The position numbers and the translations under genes are program-made. From an uncultured Gemmatimonadales bacterium (GTDB taxonomy: Bacteria > Gemmatimonadota > Gemmatimonadetes > Gemmatimonadales > GWC2-71-9): a stretch of DNA of 64,000 nucleotides. Within the stretch, counting starts at the first letter, position 1. Each line of letters starts with the position of its first letter. Of this stretch, positions 42,682 through 54,794 are shown in pieces. The stretch is taken from assembly GCA_963844035.1 (NCBI GenBank), contig CAWJMT010000004.1:391566-455565 (forward strand), written 5' to 3'. Under the pieces are notes generated by a model, which saw only the letters and a program-made list of their open reading frames with translations, was not told the DNA's origin and made no database searches.

Positions 42682-43719
42682 ATGAAATTAAATTTAGCAA
42701 TTAATGGTTTTGGACGAATAGGAAGAAGTTTTCTTCGTGTCTCTCTTAAAGACAAAGAATTTATGGATATGATAAATATTGTCGCAATAAACGATTTGAC
42801 AGACTTAAAAAATATTGCACATCTCTTAAAATTTGATTCAACATTTGGAAGATTTGATGGAGAAATAAATATTGATGAAAATAATAAGTTATTAATAATT
42901 AACAACGAATTGAAAATTAAAATATTTTCAGAAAAGGATCCCTTAAACTTGCCCTGGAAAGATCTTGACATTTATTTTGTAATCGAATCATCTGGTAAAT
43001 TTACCGATGCAAATAATACCAAAAAACATATTCAAGCCGGAGCAAAAAAAGTAATTATTTCTGCTCCTGCTAAAGGTGTAGACATTACCATGCTTTTAGG
43101 AGTGAATGATTTCAAATATACAGATGAAAAACATAACATAATATCCATGGCTTCATGTACAACCAATTCTCTTGCTCCTGTTATCAAAGTATTAAATGAC
43201 AAATTTGGTATACAAAATGGATACATGACTACTACACATGCGTATACCAATGATCAAAGATTACTTGATTCTTTTCATAAAGATCCACGCAGATCGCGCT
43301 CAGCATTGATGTCTATAATACCGACAACCACTGGTGCCGCCAAAGCTATAGGTGAGATAATTCCAGAATTAAAAGGAAAGATTGATGGTCTTGCATTACG
43401 TGTACCAGTAAGTAATGGGTCAATTGCTGATATTGTTTTAACACTTAACAATGAAGTTACAAAAGAAGAAGTTAACAAAGTGCTCAAAGATGCCTCAGAA
43501 AGTTACTTAAAAGGAATTCTATCATATACAGAAGAACCAATAGTATCATCAGATATTATTGGAGATTCACATTCATCTATAGTAGATGGTTTAAGTACCA
43601 TGGTTTTAGGTGATAAGGGAAAAAATGTGAAAATATTGTCATGGTATGACAATGAATGGAGTTTTGTATGTAGACTGGTCGATCTAATAAAGTTTATTTA
43701 TAAAAATAAGAGTCATTGA
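42682..43719 (+). CDS. gap: Type I (bacterial-type) glyceraldehyde-3-phosphate dehydrogenase
   Basis: INGFGRIGR, ASCTTNSL, HAYTNDQ, TGAAKA, RVP and WYDNEW motifs. Confidence 0.95.
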   Translation: MKLNLAINGFGRIGRSFLRVSLKDKEFMDMINIVAINDLTDLKNIAHLLKFDSTFGRFDGEINIDENNKLLIINNELKIKIFSEKDPLNLPWKDLDIYFVIESSGKFTDANNTKKHIQAGAKKVIISAPAKGVDITMLLGVNDFKYTDEKHNIISMASCTTNSLAPVIKVLNDKFGIQNGYMTTTHAYTNDQRLLDSFHKDPRRSRSALMSIIPTTTGAAKAIGEIIPELKGKIDGLALRVPVSNGSIADIVLTLNNEVTKEEVNKVLKDASESYLKGILSYTEEPIVSSDIIGDSHSSIVDGLSTMVLGDKGKNVKILSWYDNEWSFVCRLVDLIKFIYKNKSH

Positions 43720-43893
43720 TATAATAATATTATATTATTATGGATTTAATAGGTCCGTCAAAGATTATACCTATTCTATATCTCTTCCATTTAAAGAATT
43801 CAAGAATTTTTGTAAGTAAAATATATGAGGTGTAATTGACAACAGATAGAATTTAACGAAAAGGTAATATTCGGAAGAGTATAATCAAATTAA

Positions 43894-44332
43894 ATGATAC
43901 GATATTCGGAGAAATTTTTTCTAGTTACGGCGACTTTAATTTTTATATCCGCATTAACTTTTCAATCAGCCAATGCCCAAACAAATACTACTGGTACTAG
44001 GTCCTGTTCACTCAGATATAGATTCTACTCCTGTAGCTGCAATAATTACAATCACTCAAGATAAAAATGGAAATTTAATATTTAATCCATCTGTCACAAC
44101 AGTCAAGCAAGATGAGGAAATATTAGTATTAAATAATGATACCATAGCTCATTCTTTCACAAATGGTAAAAATCCTGAAGATCCAATGGCAGGAAAAATG
44201 TTTGATTCTGGAACAATTCAACCTAAAGGATTTATAGAATATGTTGCCGCTAACCTATCGCCAGGTAATTATACCTTTTATACAACAACTGATCCAACTA
44301 TAACTGCACAAATCGTAATACTAGAAAAATAA
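43894..44332 (+). CDS. Secreted cupredoxin-fold protein (N-terminus frameshifted)
   Basis: FNPS..TVK, N.D...HS, FDSG.I.P and PG.Y.FY motifs. Confidence 0.7.
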
Positions 44333-44581
44333 CATTTTTCTTTTTTTCTACTATTACAATGTCATATCAAAAATATTTTTTATTAATTCTTAGTTATTTT
44401 GGTAGTCATTAATCTAATCTAATCTGTTTAAGGTGTAGAAACTGTTTAGCCTTTATTGAACTGATTGTAAGATAACCGATTTGTTTTTTATAATTTATCA
44501 TTTAATAATAATATATTATAATTCTTGTTATCGATTAATTGAGCAATGTTTATTTATTTTCGTGTGATATCTATATATTTA

Positions 44582-45100
44582 ATGAGGAAACTTTCCTTGT
44601 TAGCTTTAATAGCAATCATCACCACAGTTTTTTCATTATCAGTAATCACTTCGTTCAATCCAAAGCAGAATGCATTTGATGCATATGCTACAGTAGCAGA
44701 ATTTAGAGTTCAACTGTCAGGTAGCGAAGAGGTGCCTCCAGTTGACACTAAAGCTACCGGATCTGCTGAATTTACAGCCCCCCATTTCGATAGTATCGTC
44801 TATTCTGTAAATGTATCAAATATGGATAATGTCACGGCAGCGCATATACATAGTGGTAAAACAGGTGCAAATGGACCTATACTGGTAACGTTATTTAAGA
44901 CAGAGTCGCCATCGTCAAAACCTATAAATGGGATCCTAACGAGTGGCAACATCACTAATGCTGATCTTGAAGGTCCAATGGCTGGAAAAACACTAATTGA
45001 TCTAACGAAAGCGATGGAATTGGGCGAAACATATGTTAATGTCCATTCAGAAGAATATCCAAACGGTGAAATAAGAGGACAAATTCAAGGAGGAGGCTAA
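44582..45100 (+). CDS. CHRD-domain secreted protein
   Basis: LSGSEEVPPV, AAHIH and YVNVHS..YP.GEIRGQI motifs. Confidence 0.9.
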   Translation: MRKLSLLALIAIITTVFSLSVITSFNPKQNAFDAYATVAEFRVQLSGSEEVPPVDTKATGSAEFTAPHFDSIVYSVNVSNMDNVTAAHIHSGKTGANGPILVTLFKTESPSSKPINGILTSGNITNADLEGPMAGKTLIDLTKAMELGETYVNVHSEEYPNGEIRGQIQGGG

Positions 45101-45353
45101 TCTCCTTATTTTTTTACCACAAATAAATTCTAGAATTCAATTTTTTTTATGTTCTTCCACAACGAATAATAACAGCCCATCAAACCTTTTAAAAGATGCT
45201 CAATACTAAAATAATGGGATATTATTTCAATAGTTTAAAAACACATAATAAAAATAGGAAATGCAATTAATTTAATATAATTATATTCAAAATACTGTTT
45301 TATAGAATTTTTCAACAATAAAAATACATATACTTGGCGGCACAATTAAAAAT

Positions 45354-45950
45354 ATGAATAATTCCAATAATAATACTGTTCTTCCTCCTCATAAAAAAAG
45401 CAGGAGTATAACTTTCCGTTTAGATTCTTTTATAGTCGATGAACTACAACGTGATGCTAATCAAAATGAAATTTCATTAAATGTGCTCATAAATAAAATT
45501 TTAAGAATGTATGTTGAATGGGGAAGATATGAGAATAAATTGGGAATGATGCCTGTCCCTAAAAATTTTATTTCATCTTTAATTCAGGAAACTATCAGAT
45601 TAACAGAGTCTAATGGAATTTCAGTCGATCCATATAAAGAACAATTAATAAAATATTCTGCAGAGATTGCATTCTATAACATCAAAGAATCCGTAATATT
45701 AATGAAAAAAAAATTTGACTTATGGTCTGTTCTATCAGTATTACAAGAATATATGAAAGTTTCTGGTATAACTGCTGATCATATAATTGAGGCAAGAAAA
45801 AAACATATTTTTGTAATACAGCATGAGTTGGGTGAATATTGGTCACTTTTTGCAAAAGAACTTTTAAATCTTATTTTTTATAACTTAGCTAACGTAAGAG
45901 CAGAAATACATATAACCCAAAAATCTATTATTGCAGAAGTTATTATTTAA
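45354..45950 (+). CDS. Ribbon-helix-helix-containing putative regulator
   Basis: SITFRLD...L...A....ISLNVLINKIL. Confidence 0.65.
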   Translation: MNNSNNNTVLPPHKKSRSITFRLDSFIVDELQRDANQNEISLNVLINKILRMYVEWGRYENKLGMMPVPKNFISSLIQETIRLTESNGISVDPYKEQLIKYSAEIAFYNIKESVILMKKKFDLWSVLSVLQEYMKVSGITADHIIEARKKHIFVIQHELGEYWSLFAKELLNLIFYNLANVRAEIHITQKSIIAEVII

Positions 45951-46013
45951 AATGAAATGCCGAATGACTCATTATATTTAGCTATAACTCAAACACCATT
46001 TACTGTTTTAAAT

Positions 46014-47072
46014 TTATTGTTCATCTATTGCTTTAATTAACTCAGAGAAGTTAAATGGCTTTAGAAAAACATCTTTAGGCTTTATACCAATCGAATCTAT
46101 TATGTCACTTATACTATTCAACGTATATGTTGTAGTTAATATAATTCTTTTATCCGGTAAATTGTTACGAATTTTTCTTGCAACTTCAAAGCCTGAAATA
46201 TCCCTAAGATGAGTATCTATTATAATTATGTCATAGTCATTGTTGTTATCAATATTATCAGAAAATATAACTTCTAAACATTTGTTACCATTTTCTACAA
46301 TATTCACATCAGATTCTTTAAAGCCATGTTGTCTTGTAAAAAGAGAAAACATGTATTGAATATCTGGTTCTGGTTCAACTATAAGGAGTCTTTTAGTTTT
46401 TCTCTTATTTTGAAACTCCTGGTATTTAGAAATTTTTTGAAGATTATAGTTATAATGTTTTTTGTTATTCGTATTCATATTATAATTAAATTCGATAGTT
46501 ATTGTATGCATGGAACTAATACGTAGTTTGGTGTCTGATAATAAAGAATTGTTAAGGATTTGACTAGAATGGGGACAGATCACTGTAATATTTTGATTAT
46601 TTTTCTTCCATTCAGTATTTGTTTCACACCACCACCATTCTAATATTTCACATTCATCAAAGCATTTATTTAGGGATAAGAAACATGCTGCATCTGCAAT
46701 GATTAATATTACATCTTTTTTGCCTCTATCTTTACGATGCTTCAGAGTTTTTTCCAATTCCTTCTTCAGTTTTTTAAAAGGAGACAAATCTACGTTAAGT
46801 GCTGACTCGTAATAGGGTTTAAAATCAACAATACGTAATTCGCCGCTTTCAATATTTTCTTTATAATTGTCAATATTAGAAGTTAAATTTGAAATATTTG
46901 AGCTACTTTCACTATCGTATGCACCAACGGATGCATAAATGCAATGGAATCCATTTTTTAACCCCTCATTGATATAATTGACTACCGCATTATTACGAGC
47001 ATCATCGTTATTGTATAGGAACATGACATGCTCATTTGATGGAACGTTGATTAAATTGGAATTTGAGGACAT
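46014..47072 (-). CDS. MEDS-like sensory domain fused to an atypical receiver domain
   Basis: EHVMFLY, YINEGL and ITVICP; DIIIID, SGFEVAR.IR and KPF. Confidence 0.8.
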   Translation of the reverse strand: MSSNSNLINVPSNEHVMFLYNNDDARNNAVVNYINEGLKNGFHCIYASVGAYDSESSSNISNLTSNIDNYKENIESGELRIVDFKPYYESALNVDLSPFKKLKKELEKTLKHRKDRGKKDVILIIADAACFLSLNKCFDECEILEWWWCETNTEWKKNNQNITVICPHSSQILNNSLLSDTKLRISSMHTITIEFNYNMNTNNKKHYNYNLQKISKYQEFQNKRKTKRLLIVEPEPDIQYMFSLFTRQHGFKESDVNIVENGNKCLEVIFSDNIDNNNDYDIIIIDTHLRDISGFEVARKIRNNLPDKRIILTTTYTLNSISDIIDSIGIKPKDVFLKPFNFSELIKAIDEQ

Positions 47073-47117
47073 TGGAAAATTATCTTCCTAAGCATACTAT
47101 CTATTAAGCAGAATTAC

Positions 47118-47160
47118 TTTCTGGATGTTTCTGAATACAGAAATATTTTCTGGATGTTTC
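47118..47160. promoter_or_regulatory. 14-bp direct repeat upstream of the MEDS-receiver gene
   Basis: TTTCTGGATGTTTC at 47118 and 47147. Confidence 0.5.
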
Positions 47161-47346
47161 GGTCCTATTACCTGACATTTTAATGACTATGATGAAAACT
47201 TCTTTTTAAGGATAAAGTGTACACTGCATGCCAGAGCAATAGTTTTAAGTATTTTTAGATTTTTCGAATTAATATAAAAATAAATCGTTTAAATGATGGG
47301 AAACTAATTAACGATAGAACATATCTGTGATGAACAAAATAGATAA

Positions 47347-47793
47347 TTAGATCATCACTACTAGTAATTTATCGATTGTCTCAATGATATGGTCGTCAGA
47401 ATCGGAAAATATACAAATAAATTTATCTCCTTTATTCGTAATGGGAAAAATTACTAGATTCTGAGCATTCTTTTCCATTAAAAGATAATTATACAATTTT
47501 GATTTGAAAATAGTATGATAATCATATGCAATAATGGAATTAAAATAATCTATAGCCGGTGAAATTTTATCAAATAAATGGGGATGGGAAAATGAATTAT
47601 TAATTAGAGTTAGCATATGATCATTTTTACACAAACCAGTTATTAATTTGCCGTAATTATCTATTACTCCAACGTATTTTATATATGGTGAAAATAGAAG
47701 AATATTTTTACAGATGCTATTCATCAATATCTTCTCTTGCAATATATACCTGTTTGTTATTTTTTCTATAAATAAATTAAGAATGCTGTGCAA
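47347..47793 (-). CDS. Hypothetical protein (possibly roadblock-like)
   Basis: IKYVGVIDNYGKLI motif. Confidence 0.4.
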   Translation of the reverse strand: MHSILNLFIEKITNRYILQEKILMNSICKNILLFSPYIKYVGVIDNYGKLITGLCKNDHMLTLINNSFSHPHLFDKISPAIDYFNSIIAYDYHTIFKSKLYNYLLMEKNAQNLVIFPITNKGDKFICIFSDSDDHIIETIDKLLVVMI

Positions 47794-48350
47794 TATAGTG
47801 CAATTATTTCCGTTATACTAATCTCTATCAAGTTGTATGCATATAAATTGTAGATATACAGTATTTATGGAAATAATCAATATTAGATGTAGATGATGTA
47901 TACAATTAGTTAAGAATATTAAATTTGGTTACTTTTTTATATTGAGTTTTCTGCTCATAACAGAAATATTCAAGAATCAAATGTTTGTGTACATATACAT
48001 GTATAATATTTTTACTATAAGCAATTATAGATACTATAATCAGTTGGTCGATATACAATAAGCTAATGAAAATTTAAAATAGGATAATCTACTAATACAT
48101 ATAAAAGTATTAGAAAAACATATGAAAAAATTTTCAAAATGTTACAAATATGTAACCTAAATTGCAAAAAACTATTAAAAATATTTTAGCATTAGAGAGA
48201 TATATGGATGTAATATTAGAAAGTAAAAAACAAATATGACAACGATATTTAAAGACTATTAATTATTATATATAAATGAAGACAATCTAATTTTTATTAT
48301 TATAATATCATAAAATTTTTCCAAAGATCACGTATAAATGACTTTATTCA

Positions 48351-48972
48351 TCAACCAATGGTCCTAAAATTAGATAAAGATTTCCACAAATACCATGTAG
48401 CAATACTTCTATAAGGCCTCCAAGGTTCAGCTATTTCTATCATTGTATGTGGTTTTGGAAGTTCTGATAAAGAATAAACTTTCTCCATGACTTTTCTTAC
48501 TCCTAAATCCGTAACGGGTAATACATCTTGTCTACCAAGAGAAAATATCAAAAACATTTCTGACGTCCATCGACCAATCCCTTTTACATTTATTAATTTA
48601 TTGATAATCTCTTCATCACTCATATTTGATAATTCCTCTAGATTTATTCGACCATCATAGACATGCGATGCTAGATCCTTTAAATACTCTATTTTTCTAT
48701 TAGACAGACCAACTTTTTTTAAATTGTCGATAGGTGAATTTAAAATTCCAGTGGGAGTTACTTGATGATTATCATAGTAACTGATAAACCTATTATAAAT
48801 GGCGTTTGCAGCTCTCCGCAGCTAGTTGTTGATAAATAATTGATTCTACCAGAGATTGAAAAGGATCGTTTCGAATCTTTATAGAATATTCGCCAACTAT
48901 TTTGATTATTTTTTCTAGATTACTATCTACTTTACGAAGGTATTGTATAGCATCAATGTTACGTGTTTCCAT
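48351..48972 (-). CDS. DNA-3-methyladenine glycosylase (AlkA family), frameshift ~48820
   Basis: ESIIYQQL, VKGIGRWTSEM, DVLPVTDLG and WRPYRS motifs. Confidence 0.88.
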
Positions 48973-49292
48973 CGTATTACGAGTGGTTTAATATCAACCC
49001 ATTAATGAAATATTCGTAATATTGCAATTTCTTTTAATTAAATAGAACTCTTTTTCAGTATAATTATTATTTAATTATTAGAAAAATTTTTTTGAGAATA
49101 TATTGGTTAGGCTAAATTACTAGTGAAATTGGATAAAAGAATTATAATATTCTAAGTCATTTTGAAATTAATACATATTTATGTGATAATTAATAATTGG
49201 AGGTAAGATAATTAACTTTTCTCAAATAAAATAAATATGAAGATATTTTTATATGAATTTATTATTGCTAATTTTTAGTAACATTTTATATA

Positions 49293-50423
49293 TTATCTCT
49301 TAACATTTGTATTTTCATTATATTTAGTTTCTAAAAATTGCTTCCTCATCAACAATGTTTTGAGCTTATGAATTCCATATCCTGTATTAGATGATATGGC
49401 TATTACATCACTATTTATTTCTAGTTTCTCCACAATTTCATTAATCATTCTTGTATCAATTTTATCAACTTTAGTTAATATTGTAAATAATTTAGATTTA
49501 TCAACATTTAATTCTTCTAAAATATCCATACAATTTGAATATTTTATTCTCATATCTTCGATTTTCTCTGCTGAATCTATTAAAAGGAGTATAGGATCAG
49601 CACCAAGAGATTCTTCTAAAGTCGATTTAAATGCATCAATCATATAAGTTGGAAGTCTACTGATAAAACCTACTGTATCTACAATTAATACTCCTCCTTC
49701 TCTTTCTTTATTTTTGTTATTATGTGGAACTTTAAAGGATCTTGTAGTAGTCGAAAGAGTAGTGAATAAATTTGTTGATGTCTCTTTATATTCATTTGTA
49801 AGAAGATTAAAGAGAGTTGTTTTTCCTGAACTAGTATAGCCTACTAAAGAAACAACAGGTATTCCAGTTTTCTGTCTTTGATGCTGATAGATATTGCGTT
49901 TTATTTTAGCATCATTTATCTTTTCTTTGATAAAAGACATTTGTCGTTTGAGATCACGAAACTGTACATCTACTATATACTCTCCCATACCTCCTTTTCC
50001 AGCTCTTTCATTGCTATTACTTAACAATTTTGCATGTTCACGTACTCGTGGCATCTCATATTCGATTTCAGCCAGTTGTATCTGTAATTTTGCTTCAACT
50101 GTAGTAGCTCTTGTATAAAATATATCTAAAATTAGTCTTTCACGGTCTTTAACAGGAATTCCTATCAATTTCTCAAGGTTATAGATCTGTTTTGAACTCA
50201 AATGTTCATCAACAATTATTTCTTCTATTTCGTTAGTTTCTTTTACAAATTTTTCTATTTCTTCTGCTTTGCCTGAACCCATTCCATATTTTGAATGATT
50301 AAGATATTTTTGTGTAAAAACTTTCACAATTTCATATTCTGGAATTGACAGTATAAGCTGCTTACCTTCATTTATGATAAAATCATCAGGGTATGTTACT
50401 AAAATTACCTTAGATGATTTCAA
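49293..50423 (-). CDS. hflX: GTPase HflX
   Basis: LILDIF, EAKLQ, GYTSSGKTT, DTVGFI, AFKSTLEE and TKVD motifs. Confidence 0.92.
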   Translation of the reverse strand: MKSSKVILVTYPDDFIINEGKQLILSIPEYEIVKVFTQKYLNHSKYGMGSGKAEEIEKFVKETNEIEEIIVDEHLSSKQIYNLEKLIGIPVKDRERLILDIFYTRATTVEAKLQIQLAEIEYEMPRVREHAKLLSNSNERAGKGGMGEYIVDVQFRDLKRQMSFIKEKINDAKIKRNIYQHQRQKTGIPVVSLVGYTSSGKTTLFNLLTNEYKETSTNLFTTLSTTTRSFKVPHNNKNKEREGGVLIVDTVGFISRLPTYMIDAFKSTLEESLGADPILLLIDSAEKIEDMRIKYSNCMDILEELNVDKSKLFTILTKVDKIDTRMINEIVEKLEINSDVIAISSNTGYGIHKLKTLLMRKQFLETKYNENTNVKR

Positions 50424-50607
50424 TCTTCGACCAATCCATATAATCTTCTATACTATATTCATTTTGGTGTCCTCTAGAACAACCATGTACAATGTTATTT
50501 TTAGTAATAGATGATTTAAATTCATCATCATTAGTGCTTTCTTCAACGATATATATTCCTGGGAAAACCTCACCACAGGTTTTACATTTTAACATCAGCA
50601 TTGGCAT
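50410..50607 (-). CDS. Small putative Zn-binding protein
   Basis: CKTC and CSRGH; overlaps the hflX start. Confidence 0.6.
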   Translation of the reverse strand: MPMLMLKCKTCGEVFPGIYIVEESTNDDEFKSSITKNNIVHGCSRGHQNEYSIEDYMDWSKIEII

Positions 50608-52709
50608 TATATTATTATCTCTATACTCTATACGACGAAGTTATTATTATACTAGCTTATCCGTTTATTATTAACATTAAAAATAACAATTGTATCCTGT
50701 TTTTGTTAAAAGTATCTGTTGTACAAGTATTATTGGTATTGATCTCAATGTTTGTAGATTTTCAATATTAAAATAATATAATGTATAAAACTTACATATT
50801 TTGTTCTAATAGTATAGAAATAAACACCTTTTTCTATTTCTAAAAATATTTCCGATTACTGCTTGTATATCCTTCAAGGTTGTTATCTATTATTTTTATA
50901 TAGGTCGACTCATTATAATTATGATCTTAACTGTTGATAGAGTTAGGTCGATTGTAGTATAGCATTAAAAATAACATTTGGTCAAAGAAATAAAATTATT
51001 AGTTTTCAATGTGGTATTTATATTTAGTATAATGGAGAAATGTTATCTTTTCTTAGATCTAATTCCAAATTTAGTATGATTTTACAACATTTCCAACGTT
51101 TCTAGTTGATATATAATTTTGCTAGTATGTTATATCTTCATTGATATTTGTATTCATTCTCTAACCTTTTAAATTGAATTTAATATTTCTTTTAAAGATT
51201 CCAAACTATTCTTTTTGCTTATTTAGAACCCATTATAATGTTTCAATTTGTACTTGGAACATTTTGTTTACAATTGGATAATTAAGTCTATATGGCATTT
51301 TACAGACCTGGTATCGCCATCAATATTCCCTTCTAGGTTTTTTTAATTAATATGTCATAAATCAACAATCGATTGTGCATTATATAAGAAAAAAATCATT
51401 TTACAGAACCATAGAAAAAGGAATTAATCGCTTGTGTATGATTCCAATCTGTAATTTATGATTTGGCGAATTCGAGGAATCGAAAGGAAGAACTAGGAAA
51501 CAGAAAGAATTATTCATGAACGACAATTACAAACATAGAAAATGCTTGTAACTATTTTCATATCTGTCAAAACAGGCACTATCTAAAGTTAATAAACTAT
51601 ATCAAGATACTTGTCAGGATTTTCTTGAAAATTAAGTTTAATATATAATCTTTTCATTCATGATAAAATAAAAATAAGATATATAACGAACAGTTGTAAC
51701 ATATTCATGCAAGAAAAGGTTATCTGCCCTATTTGTAAAAACCTTGGGTTTAAAAGTCTCGTATATGAGATTGATTGGAAAAGCCATTTTCAAAAATTTG
51801 GAGGATATTATGATGAAACTGGTAACTATATAGTATCTGATATTATACCTCCAGTAAGTAAAGCTTTTGGTGCACCTATGGTCATTCTTGGATACAAACT
51901 TAATATACTTAGTTCTCCAGAAAAAGTAAAAAAGAATTAGCAAGTCAATTTGTATTCATAGTCTGGACTTTTACAATATTGCTTGCAGCAAGAGCATCTT
52001 CGGTCTATGACACTTTGTTAGTCGGTCAGTCAGTTAGTTAACATTGTTAATCAAATAATAAATATTTTCTAAATAATGAAAAAATACACTAGAATAAGTG
52101 AAAAACTAGATATGTTATAGTATACCACTACTTGTAGGATGCCCATTTCTGTTCGCTCCTCATCTCTGGTAATATCTCAAGTAGTGGGCTATGACATTTA
52201 TCTAATAATTAAATTATTATCTTCAACTTTTAAGTATTATAATACCGACTTGATCATGCAAACTATATGCAAGTTGTAATGTTTCATACAGCCACAGCTT
52301 TCTATTGGTCTCATTCCCTCAGTTGTGAGTTTTTCATTATCAAATTACTGATTTAATTGACTAGTATAGCCCGGAAGTGATACATAGATAAAATATCCTT
52401 GTATCCGGCCAAAACATGACAGAATATTCATCATCTTAATTCTATATTTATATCTCTGAAGAAGAAAAAATTAAGTCTTAATAATGAGAAATAAACAGAT
52501 CTATGAGATATAAAAAATATTACCTACTGTCTATTATATCAGAGAAACTTTCATTAAATGAAATAACCTATGCAATTAAAGATGACTCTTAGGTTGGAAT
52601 GGACTGTATGTGTTAGAAATAAAATATTACTTATCACATAGAAAAATCTTGTAGTTGGTATGATCTGTTAAATTTAATGTATCAATTAACAGAATCAAAA
52701 TAACTAAAA

Positions 52710-53336
52710 TTATTTTGAGTGTTTATACTTCTGTTTGATAATTATATTTATTGGAACCATTACCAACCAAAAAATTTCAGCAATATCCAAATTAATAAAT
52801 GATATGAATATTGATACTGTAAAAACTAGAGGAATGGATAAAAGGGTTAACATGACGCCTTTTATATATAACGGGTGCAAATTTTTATCTATTAAAAGTT
52901 TATCCTTTGTTGCGTGCCACCATATCAGTGTAAGTAACGAGCTTGTCAAGATTACAATAAAAGAGTAGATTACATAAGGAATATGATAATCTCCATAGTT
53001 TATAACAAGAGAAGTAGAAAGTGATAAAAGAGTTATTAATAAAAGAAATAGTAAATTTAGATACACCATAACAATATGTGATCCTTTAATATGATTAAAG
53101 ACCTGATGATAAGATACCCAGAATATTGCGATTACAGCAAAACTTATAATATAACTTTCAAATTGTGGAAATAGGTCATATAGTTTATCTAATAATTCAG
53201 CTTGTGTTAAGTTAGATGGTAGATCTGGTATATCAATGGATAAGGCCATAAGAGTTATTGCGAATGCAAAGACTGCATCACTAAAAGATATTACATGTTC
53301 TACTTTTATAAAAGGAGTAAATGATCCTGAAGACAT
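52710..53336 (-). CDS. TMEM175/DUF1211 family channel
   Basis: FSDAVFAFAITL and SF..IAIFWVSYH motifs. Confidence 0.9.
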   Translation of the reverse strand: MSSGSFTPFIKVEHVISFSDAVFAFAITLMALSIDIPDLPSNLTQAELLDKLYDLFPQFESYIISFAVIAIFWVSYHQVFNHIKGSHIVMVYLNLLFLLLITLLSLSTSLVINYGDYHIPYVIYSFIVILTSSLLTLIWWHATKDKLLIDKNLHPLYIKGVMLTLLSIPLVFTVSIFISFINLDIAEIFWLVMVPINIIIKQKYKHSK

Positions 53337-54108
53337 ATTTAAAATCTAGTAGATAATAATAAATATAAATAATTTTTATAAGAATATTTCACTCGTCCTT
53401 TTTGTATCCTGCCATGAAGTGGTGTTAAAATTGTTTTTGAACTTTAGGCGTATAACGAGGTAGACTTTGCTTTAATGTATATCGCTATTAAATTTTTATT
53501 TAATACTGAAAAAATTGCATATTAAATTATATAAAAATTTTATGTTATATTTTTATGTATTTATTAGTTATATTCATATGTAACGATAACAAATATTAAA
53601 TTAGCAGGTAATTCTATAATTAATACATTTGCTAAGAAAAATGACGTTTCTAATCCAGATGACATCAGATACAAGTAATAATGTTAATGATCAATGAAAA
53701 TATGAATGCTACATGAATGGTCCTAGTAATAACTGTTCTAGTAAAAATAGATAATTAAATTTAGTTATGATAAAATGAGTATTTTGTTTATTATATCTAT
53801 TAAGTTGTATAATTTTCACAACTATAAAGTAATTAGAATAGGTACATGAATTTTTGGGTGAAGAATTACAAATCAATATATTTCAGGATAAAATATATTC
53901 AAAAGTACTTATAATTACTAATTTCATTCAACTGATGCAATATTTGAGTATTGCTTATAAAATAACTTTTATTCGAATCACTCAAATAAGATAATGAACT
54001 TTGTATATTTTCTTATTATTATTTCATTAAAGAATTATCATTCTATTAGATGCTTTATATAATACTAAAAACAAAAATCCATATACTTGGTAGATTTTAA
54101 AAATTTTA

Positions 54109-54775
54109 TTGAGAAAGGTTGTAATTTTTGGCACAGGTAACTTTGCAGAAATTATCTATATCTATCTAAAACAGTCTTCAGAATTTGAAGTTGTAGCTTT
54201 TACAGTTAATGAATGGGCTCTAAAAGACAATAAAGTATTTTGTAGCTTACCTGTAGTTGCATTTGAAACAGTTGAAAATATTTATCCTTGTGCTAAATTT
54301 GATATGTTTATAGCAATAGGATATACTAATATGAATAAGAAAAGAGCAAAGATATTTGATGAAGCAAAAACAAAAGGGTATAAACTGATAAGTTACGTAC
54401 ATCCTACTACTTCTATTAGTGAAGAATTTCATATGGGTGAAAATTGCTTTATTTTTGAAAAAAATGTTATTCAACCTTTTGTTACGTTAGGTAACAATAT
54501 CATAATTTGGACAGGGAACGTAATAAGTCATCATACAACGATAAAGAGATCATTGTTTTATTGTTTCACATTCTGCAATAGCAGGAAATGTGACCATAAA
54601 TTCATTTTGTTTTATAGGGATGAATGCGACCATAAGAAATGGTATAAAAATCGCTAAAGAGACTGTAATTGGGGCAGGAGCCATTATACTAAATGATACT
54701 GAAGAAAAAGGGGTCTATACAAATAAATCTACCATTAAATTAGATATTACGAGTGATAAGTTAAAATCAATATAG
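54109..54775 (+). CDS. NeuD/PglD-like hexapeptide acetyltransferase (frameshift ~54545)
   Basis: VIFGTG, FIAIGY, SYVHP and hexapeptide repeats. Confidence 0.85.
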
Positions 54776-54794
54776 TTTCCTTAGAATAACTAAT

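Noticed and set aside
50700..52650. Short ORFs (51638, 51707) and possible hidden ncRNA in a gene-poor stretch
   Set aside because: No recognisable motifs, repeats or stable structure; probably decayed sequence.
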